Assembly: GCA_963749075.1 (NCBI GenBank)
Contig: CAVVLJ010000017.1
Coordinates: 544,001 to 608,000, forward strand
From: an uncultured Pseudomonadota bacterium
Lineage (GTDB): Bacteria > Pseudomonadota > Alphaproteobacteria > JACZXZ01
DNA: 64,000 nucleotides
Direction of reading: 5' to 3'
The position numbers and the translations under genes are program-made. This document shows, in pieces, positions 1 through 9,432 of this stretch; positions within the stretch are counted from its first letter, which is position 1; each line of letters begins with the position of its first letter. The notes under the pieces are model-generated. The model was not told where the DNA came from and made no database searches. It saw only the letters and a list, made by a program, of their open reading frames with translations.

Positions 1-290
1 AGCCGCCGCCCGCGGGCTCCAACCATCCCGAGCGCCTCGACAGCGCGGTGCGGCTCCGGCGCGAGCGGCGCGAGCGCGCGAAACGCGGGGGCGAGCGCTC
101 GATCGCGCAGAATCTCGCCATGATCGGCGCGTTGGGCTGGACGATCGTGACGCCGACGCTCGCCGGCGTCTTTGCGGGCCGCTGGCTCGACCGCCACTTC
201 GGGAGCGGCATTTTCTGGACGCTCGGCCTGCTGACTGCCGGGCTCGCCGCCGGATGCGCGCTCGCCTGGACGAGGATGCACCGCGAATGA
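1..290 (+). CDS. atpQ: N-ATPase AtpQ (AtpZ/AtpI family), 5'-truncated by window edge
   Basis: Frame open from window start; ...IGALGWTIVTPTLAGVFAGRWLD...WTLGLL motif; precedes atpR-atpB as in N-ATPase operons. Confidence 0.85.
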   Translation, partial: PPPAGSNHPERLDSAVRLRRERRERAKRGGERSIAQNLAMIGALGWTIVTPTLAGVFAGRWLDRHFGSGIFWTLGLLTAGLAAGCALAWTRMHRE

Positions 291-574
291 GCGCCGAGGC
301 CTTCATCCGCGCCGCGGCGCTCGCATCGGCAGCCGCACTCGCCGGCCTGGTCCTCGGCAGCGCTTATTTCGCGGCGATGCGGTGGACGGTCGAGCTCCTC
401 TGCGCCGGGCGGGGGCGGCTCCTGCCTGCGGCACTGACCCTCGGGCGGGTGGCGGCGGCCGTGCTCGTGCTGGCACTCGCGGCAACGCTCGGGATCGTGC
501 CGCTCGCGGGCATTTCCACAGGCTTTCTCCTGGCGCGCGCCGCAGCGCTCCGCTGCGCACGGAGGGCGGTCTGA
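287..574 (+). CDS. atpR: N-ATPase AtpR small membrane subunit
   Basis: ATGA overlap with atpQ stop; hydrophobic GLVLGSAYF...GFLLAR pattern; position between atpQ and atpB. Confidence 0.8.
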   Translation: MSAEAFIRAAALASAAALAGLVLGSAYFAAMRWTVELLCAGRGRLLPAALTLGRVAAAVLVLALAATLGIVPLAGISTGFLLARAAALRCARRAV

Positions 575-1245
575 TGCAGCCCTCGCCCTTCGCCAGCATC
601 GTCCTCTTTCACCTGGGGCCGGTCGCGATCACCAAGCCGGTGGTCACGACCTGGTGCATCATGCTGGCATTGACCGCCGTCTCCTGGCTGGCGACGCGCC
701 GCCTCGGTCTCCATGCGGACCGGCGCCAGGCGGTGCTCGAGGGCATCGTGAGCGCCATCATGGCGCAGATCGAGGGCGTCGTCGGCGACGACGGCCGCCC
801 GCTCCTGCCGCTCATCGGCACCCTCCTCATCTTCCTCGTCAGCGCCAACCTCTCGGGCGTGCTGCCGGGCGTCGAGGCACCGACCGCGAAGATCGAGACG
901 CCGGCGGCCCTGGCGCTCATCGTGTTCTTCTCGGTGCATTATTTCGGCGTGCGCGCGCAAGGGCTCCGCGGCTATCTCGCGAGCTTCGCGCGGCCCAAGC
1001 TCATCATGCTGCCGCTCAACGTCGTCGCCGAGGTGACGCGCACCTTCTCGCTCATGGTGCGCCTCTTCGGCAACGTCATGAGCGGGGAGTTCGTCATCGC
1101 TCTGGTCCTGGCACTCGCCGGCCTCTTCGTGCCCATTCCGCTCATGGCGCTCGAGATCCTCATCGGCATCGTGCAGGCGTACATCTTCACCATCCTCGCA
1201 ACCGTCTTCATCGGCGCCGCCCTCGGCGGCAAAGAGAACGCGTAA
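574..1245 (+). CDS. atpB: F0 subunit a (N-ATPase)
   Basis: RTFSLMVRLFGNVMSGE and QAYIFTILATVFI motifs; ATG overlaps atpR stop. Confidence 0.95.
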   Translation: MQPSPFASIVLFHLGPVAITKPVVTTWCIMLALTAVSWLATRRLGLHADRRQAVLEGIVSAIMAQIEGVVGDDGRPLLPLIGTLLIFLVSANLSGVLPGVEAPTAKIETPAALALIVFFSVHYFGVRAQGLRGYLASFARPKLIMLPLNVVAEVTRTFSLMVRLFGNVMSGEFVIALVLALAGLFVPIPLMALEILIGIVQAYIFTILATVFIGAALGGKENA

Positions 1246-1262
1246 GAACGGAAGGAGCCCTC

Positions 1263-1505
1263 ATGGACGCAAAGCTTCTCAGCATCCTGGCGGCGGCCAT
1301 CGCCGTCTCGATCGGCTCGATCGGCCCGGCGCTCGCCGAGGGACGCTCGGTCGCCGCGGCGATGGACGCCATCGCGCGTCAGCCCGAGGCGGCCGGCACG
1401 CTCTCGCGCACCCTTTTCGTCGGCTTAGCCATGATCGAGACCATGGCGATCTACTGCCTCGTCATCGCGCTCCTCTTGTTGTTCGCCAACCCCTATGCCG
1501 GCTGA
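1263..1505 (+). CDS. atpE: F0 subunit c (N-ATPase)
   Basis: ARQPEA loop, GLAMIETMAIY ion-binding helix; GGAG RBS. Confidence 0.96.
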   Translation: MDAKLLSILAAAIAVSIGSIGPALAEGRSVAAAMDAIARQPEAAGTLSRTLFVGLAMIETMAIYCLVIALLLLFANPYAG

Positions 1506-1507
1506 CC

Positions 1508-2260
1508 ATGCATCTCGACGCCTGGACCTTAGCCCTTCAGACCGTCAACTTCGCCATCCTCGTGTGGCTGCTGCGCCGTTTCCTCTACCGGCCGGTGCTG
1601 CGGATGATCGACCGGCGCAAGGGGGAGATCGACAAGCAGTTTGCCGAGGCTGAGGCCGCATTGAGCGAGGCGAAGGTCAAGCTCGCCGCCGTCGAGGGTG
1701 AGCGGGACGGGCTCGCGGCCGAGCGCGCGGCCGTGCTCAAGGCGGCGGCGGAGGCGGCGGCGGCGGCGAGCGAGACGCTGCGGGCCAGGGCCGAGCGCGA
1801 TGCGGCAGCCCTCCTCGAAGGCGGGCGCAGGACATTGGCCGAGGAGCGCGGCCAGGCGCTCAAGGACGCGAGAGCCGCGGCCCTCGATCTCGGCGCCGAC
1901 ATCGCGCGCAGGCTTGCCGGCGACGTGCCGCCCGAGCTGCGCGCCGAAGCCTGGCTCGGCCGCATCGAGCGGCACCTGGCCGGTCTCGCGCCCGACCGGC
2001 GGCGCGAGCTCCTGGGCGATAGCACCGCCACGGTGCGGGTGGTGACGGCCATCGAACTCCCGGAGCCCGTGAAGACCGCATGGCGCGCTCGGCTCGTTGC
2101 CGCGCTCGGCGGCACGCCGGCCATCGAGTTCGACGTGGACCCCTCGCTCGTCGCCGGTGCCGATCTTCATCTGCCGGGCGCCGTGCTGCGCTATTCCTGG
2201 CGCAGCTCGCTTGACGCCATTCGCACGGAGCTCGAGGCCCATGGCAACGCTCGCCGATGA
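1508..2260 (+). CDS. atpF: F0 subunit b fused to delta-like domain (N-ATPase)
   Basis: [26 protein letters not shown]-terminus, coiled coil, C-terminal [13 protein letters not shown] delta-like segment. Confidence 0.92.
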   Translation: MHLDAWTLALQTVNFAILVWLLRRFLYRPVLRMIDRRKGEIDKQFAEAEAALSEAKVKLAAVEGERDGLAAERAAVLKAAAEAAAAASETLRARAERDAAALLEGGRRTLAEERGQALKDARAAALDLGADIARRLAGDVPPELRAEAWLGRIERHLAGLAPDRRRELLGDSTATVRVVTAIELPEPVKTAWRARLVAALGGTPAIEFDVDPSLVAGADLHLPGAVLRYSWRSSLDAIRTELEAHGNARR

Positions 2261-3794
2261 TCTGCGCGAGTGGACCGCCCGCAGCCGCGCGCGCATCGCG
2301 GGGCTCGCGATCGAGCCGCAGATCGAGCGGGTCGGGCGGGTCCGCCGAGTGGGCGACGGGGTGGCGCTCGTCTCCGGCCTGCCCGAGGCGCGGCTCGACG
2401 AGCTGCTCGTCTTCGCAAGCGGCGTCCACGGCATTGCCGTCGATCTCGGCGAGGAGACCATCGGCTGCGTGCTGCTCGGCAGCGACGACGCCATAGCGGC
2501 CGGCAGCATCGTCCACGGCACCGGCGAGGTGGCCGAGGCGCCCGTCGGCGAAGGCCTGCTCGGCCGGGTCGTCGACGCCCTCGGCGCTCCCCTCGACGGC
2601 CGCGAGCCGCCCGAGGTGAAGGCCTACGCCCCGGTCGAGCAGCCGGCGCCCGCGATCGTCGACAGGGCACTCGTGACGCGGCCGCTCGCCACCGGGCTCT
2701 TGGCCGTGGACGCCGCGATCCCCCTCGGCCGGGGACAGCGCGAGCTCATCATCGGGGACCGCGGAACCGGCAAGACGGCGATCGCCGTCGACGCCATCAT
2801 CAACCAGCGCTCGAGCGACGTGATCTGCGTCTATGCCGCGGTCGGCCAGAAAACCTCGACGGTGACGCAGGTGATCGACGCGGTCAGGCGCTACGGCGCA
2901 CCCGAGCGCTGCCTTTTCGTCGTCGGCGAGGCCAGTGCCGCACCCGGGCTGCAGTGGCTCACGCCCTATGCCGCCTGCACGATGGCGGAATATTTCATGA
3001 GGCGCGGGCAGGACGTGCTGCTGGTCATCGACGACCTCACCAAGCACGCCATGGTCTACCGCCAGCTCTCGCTGCTATTGCGCCGGCCGCCGGGCCGCGA
3101 GGCCTATCCGGGCGACATCTTCTACATCCATTCGCGCCTCCTGGAGCGGGCGGCGAAGCTCTCGCCCGAGCGCGGCGGCGGCTCGCTCACGGCCCTGCCG
3201 ATCGCCGAGACCCAGGCCGGGAACATCAGCGCCTACATCCCGACCAACCTGATCTCGATCACCGACGGCCAGATCATCCTCGACCCGCGCCTCTTCTACG
3301 AGGACCAGAAGCCCGCCGTCGACATCGGGATGAGCGTCTCGCGCGTCGGCGGCAAGACCCAGGCGCCGGCGCTCAAGGCGCTCGCCGAGACGCTGCGCCT
3401 CGAATATGCGCAATTCATCGAGCTCGAGGTGTTCACCCGCTTCGGCACCATGGTCGACGAGCGCACCCGCAAGGTGATCGAGCACGGCCGCGCCATCCGC
3501 GCCGTCCTCCGCCAGCCCCAGTTCACCCCGCTCTCCCTCGCCGAGGAGGTAGCACTCCTCCTGGCACTCGGCGAGGGCATCCTCGACGGCGCTCCGCCCG
3601 AGCGCGTCGCCGCCTTCCGAGCCGGCCTCAGCACCTGGCTCGCCGATCATTGCCCGGAGGCCTTGACCCTGGATGACGAAGTGCTGCTCGCGGACGAACT
3701 GCGGACCCGCCTCAAAGCAGCACTGCGGGAGCTCGTGCGATCGCTCTCCGCCGCCGGCGGGGCGGCTCGCGGGGCGGCGGCGGAGCCGTCATGA
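2241..3794 (+). CDS. atpA: F1 subunit alpha (N-ATPase)
   Basis: [17 protein letters not shown] Walker A; [22 protein letters not shown]. Confidence 0.97.
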   Translation: MATLADDLREWTARSRARIAGLAIEPQIERVGRVRRVGDGVALVSGLPEARLDELLVFASGVHGIAVDLGEETIGCVLLGSDDAIAAGSIVHGTGEVAEAPVGEGLLGRVVDALGAPLDGREPPEVKAYAPVEQPAPAIVDRALVTRPLATGLLAVDAAIPLGRGQRELIIGDRGTGKTAIAVDAIINQRSSDVICVYAAVGQKTSTVTQVIDAVRRYGAPERCLFVVGEASAAPGLQWLTPYAACTMAEYFMRRGQDVLLVIDDLTKHAMVYRQLSLLLRRPPGREAYPGDIFYIHSRLLERAAKLSPERGGGSLTALPIAETQAGNISAYIPTNLISITDGQIILDPRLFYEDQKPAVDIGMSVSRVGGKTQAPALKALAETLRLEYAQFIELEVFTRFGTMVDERTRKVIEHGRAIRAVLRQPQFTPLSLAEEVALLLALGEGILDGAPPERVAAFRAGLSTWLADHCPEALTLDDEVLLADELRTRLKAALRELVRSLSAAGGAARGAAAEPS

Positions 3795-4639
3795 CGCGCG
3801 TTGCCGACATCGAGGCGCACATCGAGAGCATGAGCGAGCTCACCGGCATCGTCGGCGCCATGCGCTCGCTCGCCGGCATGCACGTGCAGGAGGCGCAGCG
3901 CGCACTTCCCGGCATCCGCCGCTATGCGGAGGCGATGGCGGCCGCGGTCGGCACCGCCATGACGCTGATCCCGGAGGCAGCGCAGCGCGACGGCGCCGCC
4001 GGCGGCCTCCGCGCGGTCGTTTTCTTCGCGGCCGAGCACGGCTTCGTCGGCGGTCTGAACGAACGCCTCATCGCGGCGCTCGACGGCGTCGCCGGGCCCA
4101 AGGACGCGCTCTTCATGCTCGGCACCCGAGGGGCCGGGATCGCGCTCGGCCGCGGGCGGCAGGCCGCGTGGACGCATGCCATGGCGAGCCGCACCGCCGG
4201 CATATCGCAAACCGTCGCCCGCCTCGCCTCCGAGCTCTACCGGCGCATCGCGCGCGGCGAGATCGCCCGGGTCGAGGTGATGTACGCCCGTTACCGGCAC
4301 GATGGCGGAGCTGCCATCGAGCGGCACTCCCTCCTGCCGCCCGATCCGGCGCTGCTCAAGGGGGGCCGGCGGCGCTCCCCGCCGCTTCACACGCTCCGCC
4401 CGGCCGCCCTGCTCGAGCGCCTGATGGCCGAATATGTCCTGGCACTCCTCACCGAGGCCGCCGTCGAATCCCTCGCCAGCGAGAACGCCGCGCGCTTCGC
4501 CGCCATGCAGTCCGCGCGCGAGAACGTCGCGAAAAAGCTCGCCCGGCTGCGCGAGGACGCGCGTCAGGCCCGCCAGGCCGAAATCACCACCGAGCTCCTC
4601 GATCTCATTGCCGGCGTCGAGGCGCTCGGCGGCGGCTGA
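3791..4639 (+). CDS. atpG: F1 subunit gamma (N-ATPase)
   Basis: [16 protein letters not shown] and [15 protein letters not shown] motifs. Confidence 0.95.
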   Translation: MTRVADIEAHIESMSELTGIVGAMRSLAGMHVQEAQRALPGIRRYAEAMAAAVGTAMTLIPEAAQRDGAAGGLRAVVFFAAEHGFVGGLNERLIAALDGVAGPKDALFMLGTRGAGIALGRGRQAAWTHAMASRTAGISQTVARLASELYRRIARGEIARVEVMYARYRHDGGAAIERHSLLPPDPALLKGGRRRSPPLHTLRPAALLERLMAEYVLALLTEAAVESLASENAARFAAMQSARENVAKKLARLREDARQARQAEITTELLDLIAGVEALGGG

Positions 4640-4649
4640 CATAGGTCAA
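4636..4649 (+). promoter_or_regulatory. FNR/FixK-like box upstream of CBS gene
   Basis: CTGAC-ATAG-GTCAA vs consensus TTGAT-N4-ATCAA; TAGGAT -10-like hexamer at 4673-4678 gives class II spacing. Confidence 0.6.
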
Positions 4650-4737
4650 AGGACCGCTACGGCTTTCGGCAGTAGGATCGTTTCGTCCCGCTGCGGCAAG
4701 GGCAGGACGGCCGATGTCTCGCATCAGGAGGCGGACA

Positions 4738-5484
4738 ATGAAAGTGGCGGACGTGATGACGCGCCGGGTGATCTCGGTCAAGCCGGACACGCTGGTCGCG
4801 GAGGCCGCGCGCCTCATGCTGCAGGACAACATCAGCGGGCTTCCGGTGATCGACAGCCGCAACGAGCTGGTCGGCATCGTCACGGAGGGCGATTTCCTCC
4901 GTCGGGCCGAGACCGGCACCGAGCGGCAGCGCCCGCGCTGGCTCGAGCTCCTGCTCGGTCCGGGCCGGCTTGCCGACGAGTACGTCCGCACCCACGGCCG
5001 CAAGGTGGAAGAGGTGATGACGCGCGACGTCGTCACCGTGACCGCGGAGACGCCGCTCGACGAAGCGGTGCGGCTGATGGAGCAGCGGCGCATCAAGCGC
5101 CTCCCGGTCGTCTCCGAGGGGCGCGTGGTCGGCATCGTCAGCCGGGCCAACCTGCTGCAGGCGTTCGCCGGGATCGCGGAGGAGGCGCCGGCGCCGAGCG
5201 ATGCCGCGATCGAGGAGCGGCTGCTGGCCGAACTGGCCAAGCGCTCCTGGACCCCCAGGGCCTCGACGAAGGTGGCCGTGAGCAACGGCATCGTCGATCT
5301 GTGGGGCGTCATCTTCGACGAGCGGGAACGTCACGCGCTGCGCGTCGCGGCGGAGAACGTGCCCGGCGTCAAGCGGGTGCGCGATCATCTGGTCTGGGTG
5401 GAACCCAATTCGGGTTACTACATGGAACCCCCCGGGAGCGCGCCGGACGAAGACGGAAGCCGCAGCGAGCCGCACGGGCGGTGA
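4738..5484 (+). CDS. CBS-pair + BON domain protein
   Basis: MKVADVMT..., ISGLPV..GIVTEGD, IKRLPVV..GIVSRANL, C-terminal BON (VAAENVPGVKRVRDHL); GGAGG RBS. Confidence 0.9.
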   Translation: MKVADVMTRRVISVKPDTLVAEAARLMLQDNISGLPVIDSRNELVGIVTEGDFLRRAETGTERQRPRWLELLLGPGRLADEYVRTHGRKVEEVMTRDVVTVTAETPLDEAVRLMEQRRIKRLPVVSEGRVVGIVSRANLLQAFAGIAEEAPAPSDAAIEERLLAELAKRSWTPRASTKVAVSNGIVDLWGVIFDERERHALRVAAENVPGVKRVRDHLVWVEPNSGYYMEPPGSAPDEDGSRSEPHGR

Positions 5485-5545
5485 TCTGCCGCGCCATCTG
5501 CCGAGCGGCGACCGCAGCGCCTGCGCGCGACCGTCATTCGCCGGG

Positions 5546-5758
5546 TTATGCCTCTCTCGGCAGCCGAGTTGCGCCGGATTTCCAATAAAGCTTCTTGACC
5601 GCCGCCCAGGCCACCCGATGAGCGATCTCCTCGTGGCGCGGGTCGTCGCCGTATTGGCGCCAGGCGTGGTCGAAGGCTTCCCGATAGATGTCCTGCGCAT
5701 GCGGCGGCAGATGGTTGCGCACCGACGGCGGCAGGTCTTCATTGATCGGATAGGGCAT
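5546..5758 (-). CDS. chaB: ChaB family protein
   Basis: MPY..NEDLPPSVRNHLPPHAQDIYREAF...AHRVAWAAVK. Confidence 0.92.
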   Translation of the reverse strand: MPYPINEDLPPSVRNHLPPHAQDIYREAFDHAWRQYGDDPRHEEIAHRVAWAAVKKLYWKSGATRLPREA

Positions 5759-5803
5759 GAACCTCCCCCGGCGAAGCGGCGGGGTCCCTTCTCCCGCCGG
5801 CTC

Positions 5804-6127
5804 TTAGCGCTTGGCCAGCTCGCCGAAATACGCGACGAAGTCCTCGATTTCCTGCCGGCTGAATTGGATTGGCGGCATCGGCGGATGCGGCTTGGCGAGG
5901 AAGCCGCGCCAGTAGTCGGGACCTCTTTGAGGATCGTGTGCGATCGCCGCAAACGGAGGAGCGGTGTCCTGCCCGCTCTTCCCGCCGCCGACGAGATGAC
6001 ACGAGGTGCACCACCGGTTCGCCATCGCCTCGCCGCGCGCGGGGTCGCCGGCAATTCTGCTCCCTTGACCGGCCGCCGGAGCCGCCAGAGCGAAGGACAA
6101 GACGATCACAGCCAACGCGCGTTTCAT
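5804..6127 (-). CDS. Periplasmic monoheme cytochrome c
   Basis: Signal peptide, GDPARG, CTSCH heme motif, distal Met in PHPPMP. Confidence 0.88.
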   Translation of the reverse strand: MKRALAVIVLSFALAAPAAGQGSRIAGDPARGEAMANRWCTSCHLVGGGKSGQDTAPPFAAIAHDPQRGPDYWRGFLAKPHPPMPPIQFSRQEIEDFVAYFGELAKR

Positions 6128-6196
6128 AGCAACCTTCGATCGGGAGCGCCGCGGAATCTTCGCCGGCACAATAGGGTCCGCCTGCCGGACCGCGGT

Positions 6197-6210
6197 ATGA
6201 TCCAGATCAA
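6197..6210 (-). promoter_or_regulatory. FNR/FixK-like box for cytochrome c gene
   Basis: ATGAT-CCAG-ATCAA (1 mismatch); TATTGT on minus strand at 6168-6173. Confidence 0.6.
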
Positions 6211-6294
6211 TCCCGCATCGAGATCCCGGCAGCGCAGGACGCCGGCCGCCGCACGCGCCGTTGCCGCGGCGTGCAAGCCCGCGGGCCGCAGGTA

Positions 6295-6308
6295 TTGACC
6301 CAAATCAA
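6295..6308 (+). promoter_or_regulatory. FNR/FixK-like box for ABC exporter operon
   Basis: TTGAC-CCAA-ATCAA; CATGAT at 6330-6335. Confidence 0.7.
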
Positions 6309-6513
6309 TGTCGGCGCGGCGCCGGAGCCCATGATATCGCACGTATTTAACTCGGCATGGACTGCGGCAAGCGATGCGCAATGTTTCGGACAACCGCTTG
6401 GGATCGCCACGCCAAGCGCTGTATGCAGCCCGAAAAGGCGGCCCGAGCGGCAATCGCCGGCCTCGTTTGATCCCGCGCGATCTCCTCATGCCGCATGCGG
6501 ACCCGGACGTCCG

Positions 6514-7650
6514 ATGCCGGGAATCCTGAGGATCGCCTACAAGCTCTTGGTCAATGACCGGGCCAAGTTCGCCGCACTCCTGGTCGGGATCACCTTTGCC
6601 GTGTTCCTGATGATCGAGATGACGTCGCTGTTCTCCGGGATTCTCAACCGCTCGTCGGCGACCGTCATCAACATCGGCGCCTCCATCTGGGTGATGGACC
6701 CGGCGATCCAGACGGTTGCCAACAGCATTCCGCTGCCGGACTACGTCCTCGACGAGGTGCGCAGCATACCGGGCGTCAAATACGCCGTTCCCCTCTATTC
6801 CGGGTCTGCGCTGCTCAAGCTGCGCGACGGAACGCATCAGTCCGCCAACATCGTCGGTCTCGACGATACCAGCCTCTTCGGAAGGCCGAGGCTTGTCGCC
6901 GGAAACATCGAGGATATCTTCGCCGAGAACGCCTTCATCGCCGTCAAGGACCCCGAGTTCTACAAGCTCGAAAACCCGAAGATCGGCACCGAGTTCGAGC
7001 TCAACGACCATCGCGGCGTCATCGTCGGCATCGCGCATGTCGCATCGAGCGGACTGTTCGGCGTGCCGACGCTCTACACGACGTACAACCGGGCACTGCA
7101 ATACATACCCAATACGCGCTTCACGATCTCCTACCTCCTCGTCGAGCCGAAATCGCCGGCCGACGTGCCGGCGATCAAACGGCAGGTCGCGGCGGCCGGA
7201 TACCTGGCTCTCACGAAAGGCGAGTTCATCAAGAAGATCTCCGATTTCTACAAATACCAGACCGGGATCGGGACCAACATGCTGCTGATGACGGTGATCA
7301 GCTTCATCATCGGATTGTCCATCTCGGGGCAGACCTTCTACACCTTCATCCTCGAGAACATCGAGAAGTTCGGCGCCCTCAAGGCGATCGGCGCCAAGGG
7401 GCGCGAGCTCGTATCCATGATCCTGTTTCTGGCGTCATTCGTGGCTTTGACGGGGTACGGCATCGGCGTCGGGCTATGCGCGCTCATAATATGGCTCGCC
7501 CGCATCTATCTTCCCGATTATGCGGCGATCATCACCTACCCGAACCTCGGCCTCGCCCTCGTCATGGTCGTCATCATCGCCGCATTCTCGAGTTACGTCG
7601 GGGTCCGCAAGGTCCTGAGAATCGAGCCCTTCGACATCTTCCGGGGCTAG
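6514..7650 (+). CDS. ABC exporter permease (MacB/FtsX/DevC-like)
   Basis: One N-terminal TM, large periplasmic loop, FGALKAIGA motif, three C-terminal TMs. Confidence 0.88.
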   Translation: MPGILRIAYKLLVNDRAKFAALLVGITFAVFLMIEMTSLFSGILNRSSATVINIGASIWVMDPAIQTVANSIPLPDYVLDEVRSIPGVKYAVPLYSGSALLKLRDGTHQSANIVGLDDTSLFGRPRLVAGNIEDIFAENAFIAVKDPEFYKLENPKIGTEFELNDHRGVIVGIAHVASSGLFGVPTLYTTYNRALQYIPNTRFTISYLLVEPKSPADVPAIKRQVAAAGYLALTKGEFIKKISDFYKYQTGIGTNMLLMTVISFIIGLSISGQTFYTFILENIEKFGALKAIGAKGRELVSMILFLASFVALTGYGIGVGLCALIIWLARIYLPDYAAIITYPNLGLALVMVVIIAAFSSYVGVRKVLRIEPFDIFRG

Positions 7651-7652
7651 CC

Positions 7653-8357
7653 ATGGCGAGGTCGGCGATCCAGGCGGTTGGCCTCAATAAGTGGTTCGGC
7701 GAAGGCGACGCCAAGACCCATGCCGTGAGGGACGTGACGTTCGACGCCAATTTCGGCGAGATGCTTTACGTGGTCGGCCCGTCCGGCAGCGGCAAGACCA
7801 CCATGCTGAGCATGATCTCGGGAATCCTCCGGCCGAACGCGGGTACCGTCAAGATCGAGGGCACCGAGATCTGGACCCTCTCGAACGACGCGCTCGCCGA
7901 GTTCCGGCTGCACAAGATCGGCTTCGTGTTTCAGGACTACCACCTGTTTCCCCGGCTGACGACCGCCGAGAATGTCGCGATTCCGCTCATCCTGCAGAAG
8001 CGCAACTGGGACGAGGCCCTCGAAGAGGCGACGCTCGATCTCGAGATCGTCGGCTTGAAGGCCCGGGCGCAGCTGCCGCCGGTGAAGCTCAGCGGCGGCG
8101 AGCAGCAACGGGTCGCGATCGCGAGAGCCATCGTCAGCCGGCCCGACATCCTGATCCTCGACGAGCCGACCGCGTCGCTCGACGGCGACACCGGACGGAA
8201 CGTCGTCACCTTTGTCCGGCAGCATATTCTCTCCGACCAGCGCTGCATCGTCATCGTCACCCACGACAGCCGCATCTACGAGTTTGCCGACCGCATCCTG
8301 AAGATGGAGGACGGCAGGGTGATGGGCGTGGAGCGGGAGAGTTTGGATGCCCAATAG
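7653..8357 (+). CDS. ABC exporter ATP-binding protein (LolD/DevA-like)
   Basis: GPSGSGKT, LSGGEQQRVAIARA, ILDEPT, VTHD. Confidence 0.93.
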   Translation: MARSAIQAVGLNKWFGEGDAKTHAVRDVTFDANFGEMLYVVGPSGSGKTTMLSMISGILRPNAGTVKIEGTEIWTLSNDALAEFRLHKIGFVFQDYHLFPRLTTAENVAIPLILQKRNWDEALEEATLDLEIVGLKARAQLPPVKLSGGEQQRVAIARAIVSRPDILILDEPTASLDGDTGRNVVTFVRQHILSDQRCIVIVTHDSRIYEFADRILKMEDGRVMGVERESLDAQ

Positions 8358-9432
8358 AGCCATCTACATCCTCTCGGCCATCGGCCTGATCCTGGCGCTC
8401 GTCAGCGCCTTCGTCTTCAGCGAGGAACCGAGCGCGCAGCCGCCCGTCTTCAATCCGGCGGCCAATCCCTATGCCAAGGGGATCTACGCGAACGGCATCG
8501 TCGAGAGCGCCCTGGCGCAGGGCGAGAACATCAACATCTATCCCGAAGTTTCCGGGCCGGTCACCCAGGTCCTGGTCGCCGAAGGCGAAGGGGTCCACAA
8601 GGGCGACCGGCTGCTGACGATCGACGACTCGGTGCAGCGGGCGACGGCCGAGCAGCAGCGCTCGCAGGCGGAAGCGGCGCTCGCGGTGCTCACGGAGCTC
8701 AAGGCGGAGCCCAGGCCGGAGACCCTCGAGGTCGCTGCCGCCCAGGTCGAGAACGCCAAGGCGACCCTCAAGAACGCGCAGGATCAGCTCGCCAAACAGG
8801 AGCAATCCTACGCCCTCGATGCGAAATCGGTCAGCCGCGACGCGTTGGACAATGCGCGGAACGCCGAGAAGATAGCGGACACCAACCTCAAGGTCGTGCA
8901 GAAGCAATACGCGCTCACCAAGGCAGGCGCCTGGATCTACGATATAGAAAACCAGGAAAAGCAATATGCCGCCCTTTCGAAGGCCTATGCGGCCTCCGCG
9001 GCGCTGCTCGCGAAATATACCATCGTAGCGCCGGCGGATGGCGTGGTGCTCTCGCTTCAGGCCGCGGTCGGCAGCTACGTTTCGTCGCAAGGCGCCTACG
9101 ATTCCTATACCCAGGCGTTGAACCCCCTCATCGTCATGGGCGCGCCGCAGGATCGCCTCCAGGTCCGCGCCTATATCGACGAGATCTTGGTCCACCGCCT
9201 CGCCGATCCGGCCAAGATGGACGCCCAGATGTTCATCCGGGGCACCGACATCCATGTGCCGCTCACGTTTACGCGCATCCAGCCCTATGTCTCGCCGAAG
9301 ATCGAGCTCTCCGATGAGCGGCTGGAGCGGGTCGATGTCCGGGTGCTGCCGGTGATCTTCCGCTTCGAGAGGCCGAAAGGCTTGAACCTCTACCCGGGGC
9401 AGCTGGTCGATGTCTATGTCGGCGAGAAATAG
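8347..9432 (+). CDS. HlyD/MFP periplasmic adaptor
   Basis: N-terminal anchor, lipoyl-like VLVAEGEGVHKGD, coiled coil, ERVDVRVLPVIF. Confidence 0.9.
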   Translation: MPNRAIYILSAIGLILALVSAFVFSEEPSAQPPVFNPAANPYAKGIYANGIVESALAQGENINIYPEVSGPVTQVLVAEGEGVHKGDRLLTIDDSVQRATAEQQRSQAEAALAVLTELKAEPRPETLEVAAAQVENAKATLKNAQDQLAKQEQSYALDAKSVSRDALDNARNAEKIADTNLKVVQKQYALTKAGAWIYDIENQEKQYAALSKAYAASAALLAKYTIVAPADGVVLSLQAAVGSYVSSQGAYDSYTQALNPLIVMGAPQDRLQVRAYIDEILVHRLADPAKMDAQMFIRGTDIHVPLTFTRIQPYVSPKIELSDERLERVDVRVLPVIFRFERPKGLNLYPGQLVDVYVGEK

